A DNA stretch of 64,000 bases, taken from assembly GCF_049554935.1 (NCBI RefSeq), contig NZ_CP186926.1, forward strand, positions 864,001 to 928,000. The letters run 5' to 3'. The notes under the pieces were generated by a model, which was given only the letters and a program-made list of their open reading frames with translations, was not told the origin of the DNA and did not search any database. The stretch is from Methanocaldococcus indicus. GTDB taxonomy: Archaea; AGJL01; Methanococci; Methanococcales; Methanocaldococcaceae. The translations under genes and the position numbers were made by a program. Each line of letters opens with the position of its first letter. The stretch's first letter is position 1. Positions 62,484 through 64,000 of this stretch are shown piece by piece.

Positions 62484-63686
62484 TTAAGCACCAAATTTTT
62501 CATTTCTATTGGTTAAATCTAATAAAATTCTCATCAAATGTTCTCCTTTAATTGTATGTAGAGAGCCCTTAGCACAAGCAAATTCATTAAACTCTTTAAC
62601 ATCATCTATTCTAACACTCTTACCCCAAATAACTATTGGAACAGGGTCTGCTGAGTGGTCTTTAACTTCTATTGGAGAAGAATGGTCTCCTGTTAGAACA
62701 AAATAAACCTCTTCTTTGTTTATGTTTGATATTACTTTTTCTAAGAGCTTATCTATTTTTTCTAAAATTTCTTTTTTCTTTGAATAGTTTCCATCATGGC
62801 TTGCTTCATCTGCTTCTTTAACATTGACTAATATAAAATCATATTTTTTTAATCCTTCTAAAATCTCATTGGCTATACTATCATAGTCTCCAACTTTACA
62901 CTCTACAACATCTAATCCAACCATTTTAGCTAAACCTTTTATTAATCCTGTCTCACAAACACATAATCCCTTCATATTATATCTTTCAGAAAATTTAGGA
63001 ACTTCTTTGTAGATTCCTACTCCTCTTGGTAAAATTATATTTGCAGGAGGTAGTCCTTTTTTAACTCTTTCTATATTTATTGGATGATTGTTAAGTTTTT
63101 CATAGACTATTTTTAATAATTTATTTAGAACTTCAGCTGTTTTTTTAGATTTTTCATCTAAACTTTCTATTTTTGGAACTTTTAAACCTTCCTTGTGAGG
63201 GTCTCCATCAGTTACTTTATCCCCTAAATTCTCTCCTCTTAACACTAATGCTCCTCTATATCCTTTTGAAGATTTAAAAATTATTTTTACTCCATCTATT
63301 TCCAAGCCATCTATTTCTTTCTCCAAAACTTTTGCTTCTTCTTCAGAAATTCTCCCAGCTCTTCTATCTTTAACTATAAAGTTTTCATCAACAGTTGCAA
63401 AGTTGCATCTAAAGGCTATATCTCCATCTTTTAAATCTATATCAACTCCTAAAGCTTCTAATGGTCCTCTTCCTGGATAGTATTTGTATGGATTATATCC
63501 CAAAATAGATAAGTGAGAGGTATCACTTCCAGGCCTTATACCAACATCAATAGAATACATCAATCCATTAATTCCTTCTTCTGCTAATTTATCCATTGTT
63601 GGAGTTTTTGCTTCTTTTAAAGGAGTTAATCCTTCTTTATTTGGTCTATCTCCAATACCATCAACTATAAAAATAACTATTTTCAT
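62484..63686 (-). CDS. apgM: 2,3-BPG-independent phosphoglycerate mutase
   Basis: DGIGDRP, PGSDTSH, DEASHDG and TGDH. Confidence 0.93.
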   Translation of the reverse strand: MKIVIFIVDGIGDRPNKEGLTPLKEAKTPTMDKLAEEGINGLMYSIDVGIRPGSDTSHLSILGYNPYKYYPGRGPLEALGVDIDLKDGDIAFRCNFATVDENFIVKDRRAGRISEEEAKVLEKEIDGLEIDGVKIIFKSSKGYRGALVLRGENLGDKVTDGDPHKEGLKVPKIESLDEKSKKTAEVLNKLLKIVYEKLNNHPINIERVKKGLPPANIILPRGVGIYKEVPKFSERYNMKGLCVCETGLIKGLAKMVGLDVVECKVGDYDSIANEILEGLKKYDFILVNVKEADEASHDGNYSKKKEILEKIDKLLEKVISNINKEEVYFVLTGDHSSPIEVKDHSADPVPIVIWGKSVRIDDVKEFNEFACAKGSLHTIKGEHLMRILLDLTNRNEKFGA

Positions 63687-63706
63687 ATATATAACCTCAT
63701 AAAGTT

Positions 63707-64000
63707 TTATTCTAAGAATTCTTTTATTTTTTCTGCTATTGTATCAAAGATATATTTAAATTTTTTCTCATCACTTTCTAATAGTGTTATTCTAAATCCA
63801 TTTAACTCTGTGCAGAAGGATGTAAGAGGAACTACACAAATTCCAGTCTCAGCTAAAAGTTGATAAACAAATTTTTTATCATGAGTATTAGGTTTTAAAC
63901 TATCTACAAACTCTTTTAAATTTTTATTATTTATTTTTATCTCATTTGCTCCATTTAAATATGTATTATCAAAAACAACACTCATATAAAAAGCTCCATT
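63707..64000 (-). CDS. C-terminal part of a PLP-dependent aminotransferase (truncated by the window edge)
   Basis: GAF.MSV...GICVVPLTSF...FRITLL class I/II aminotransferase tail. Confidence 0.7.
   Translation of the reverse strand, partial: NGAFYMSVVFDNTYLNGANEIKINNKNLKEFVDSLKPNTHDKKFVYQLLAETGICVVPLTSFCTELNGFRITLLESDEKKFKYIFDTIAEKIKEFLE

Overview
AT-rich chromosomal window from a hyperthermophilic methanogen; gene content and order point to Methanocaldococcus-like Methanococcales. The host flanks (about 1-10.2 kb and 37.1-64 kb) are mostly housekeeping: a probable oriC edge, cbiL, thiL, atpD, trpBA, split carB, rtcA, hypF, egsA, rpl30e-nusA-rps12-rps7-fusA, sucC, pscS and apgM. They also hold a HesB-like selenoprotein with a SECIS hairpin that the ORF track missed. 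Positions 10250-37047 are a ~26.8 kb element integrated in the anticodon loop of tRNA-Ser(GCT), with a 58-bp att repeat and an intact tyrosine integrase. It looks like a provirus of a spindle-shaped (fusellovirus/PAV1-like) virus: a VP1-like two-helix capsid precursor, a VP2-like DNA-binding protein, an unannotated 21-aa protamine-like peptide, a packaging-type ATPase, its own A24-type peptidase, a DUF2341 adhesin, an MCM helicase and cargo resembling defence genes. The most striking item ends the virion operon: a radical SAM/SPASM enzyme, a P-loop kinase and an 840-aa protein whose N-terminus carries eight aromatic-X-Asp motifs. This suggests RiPP-type (cyclophane-like) modification of a viral protein. 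Family assignments come from motifs read in the translations and recalled similarity; no searches were run.
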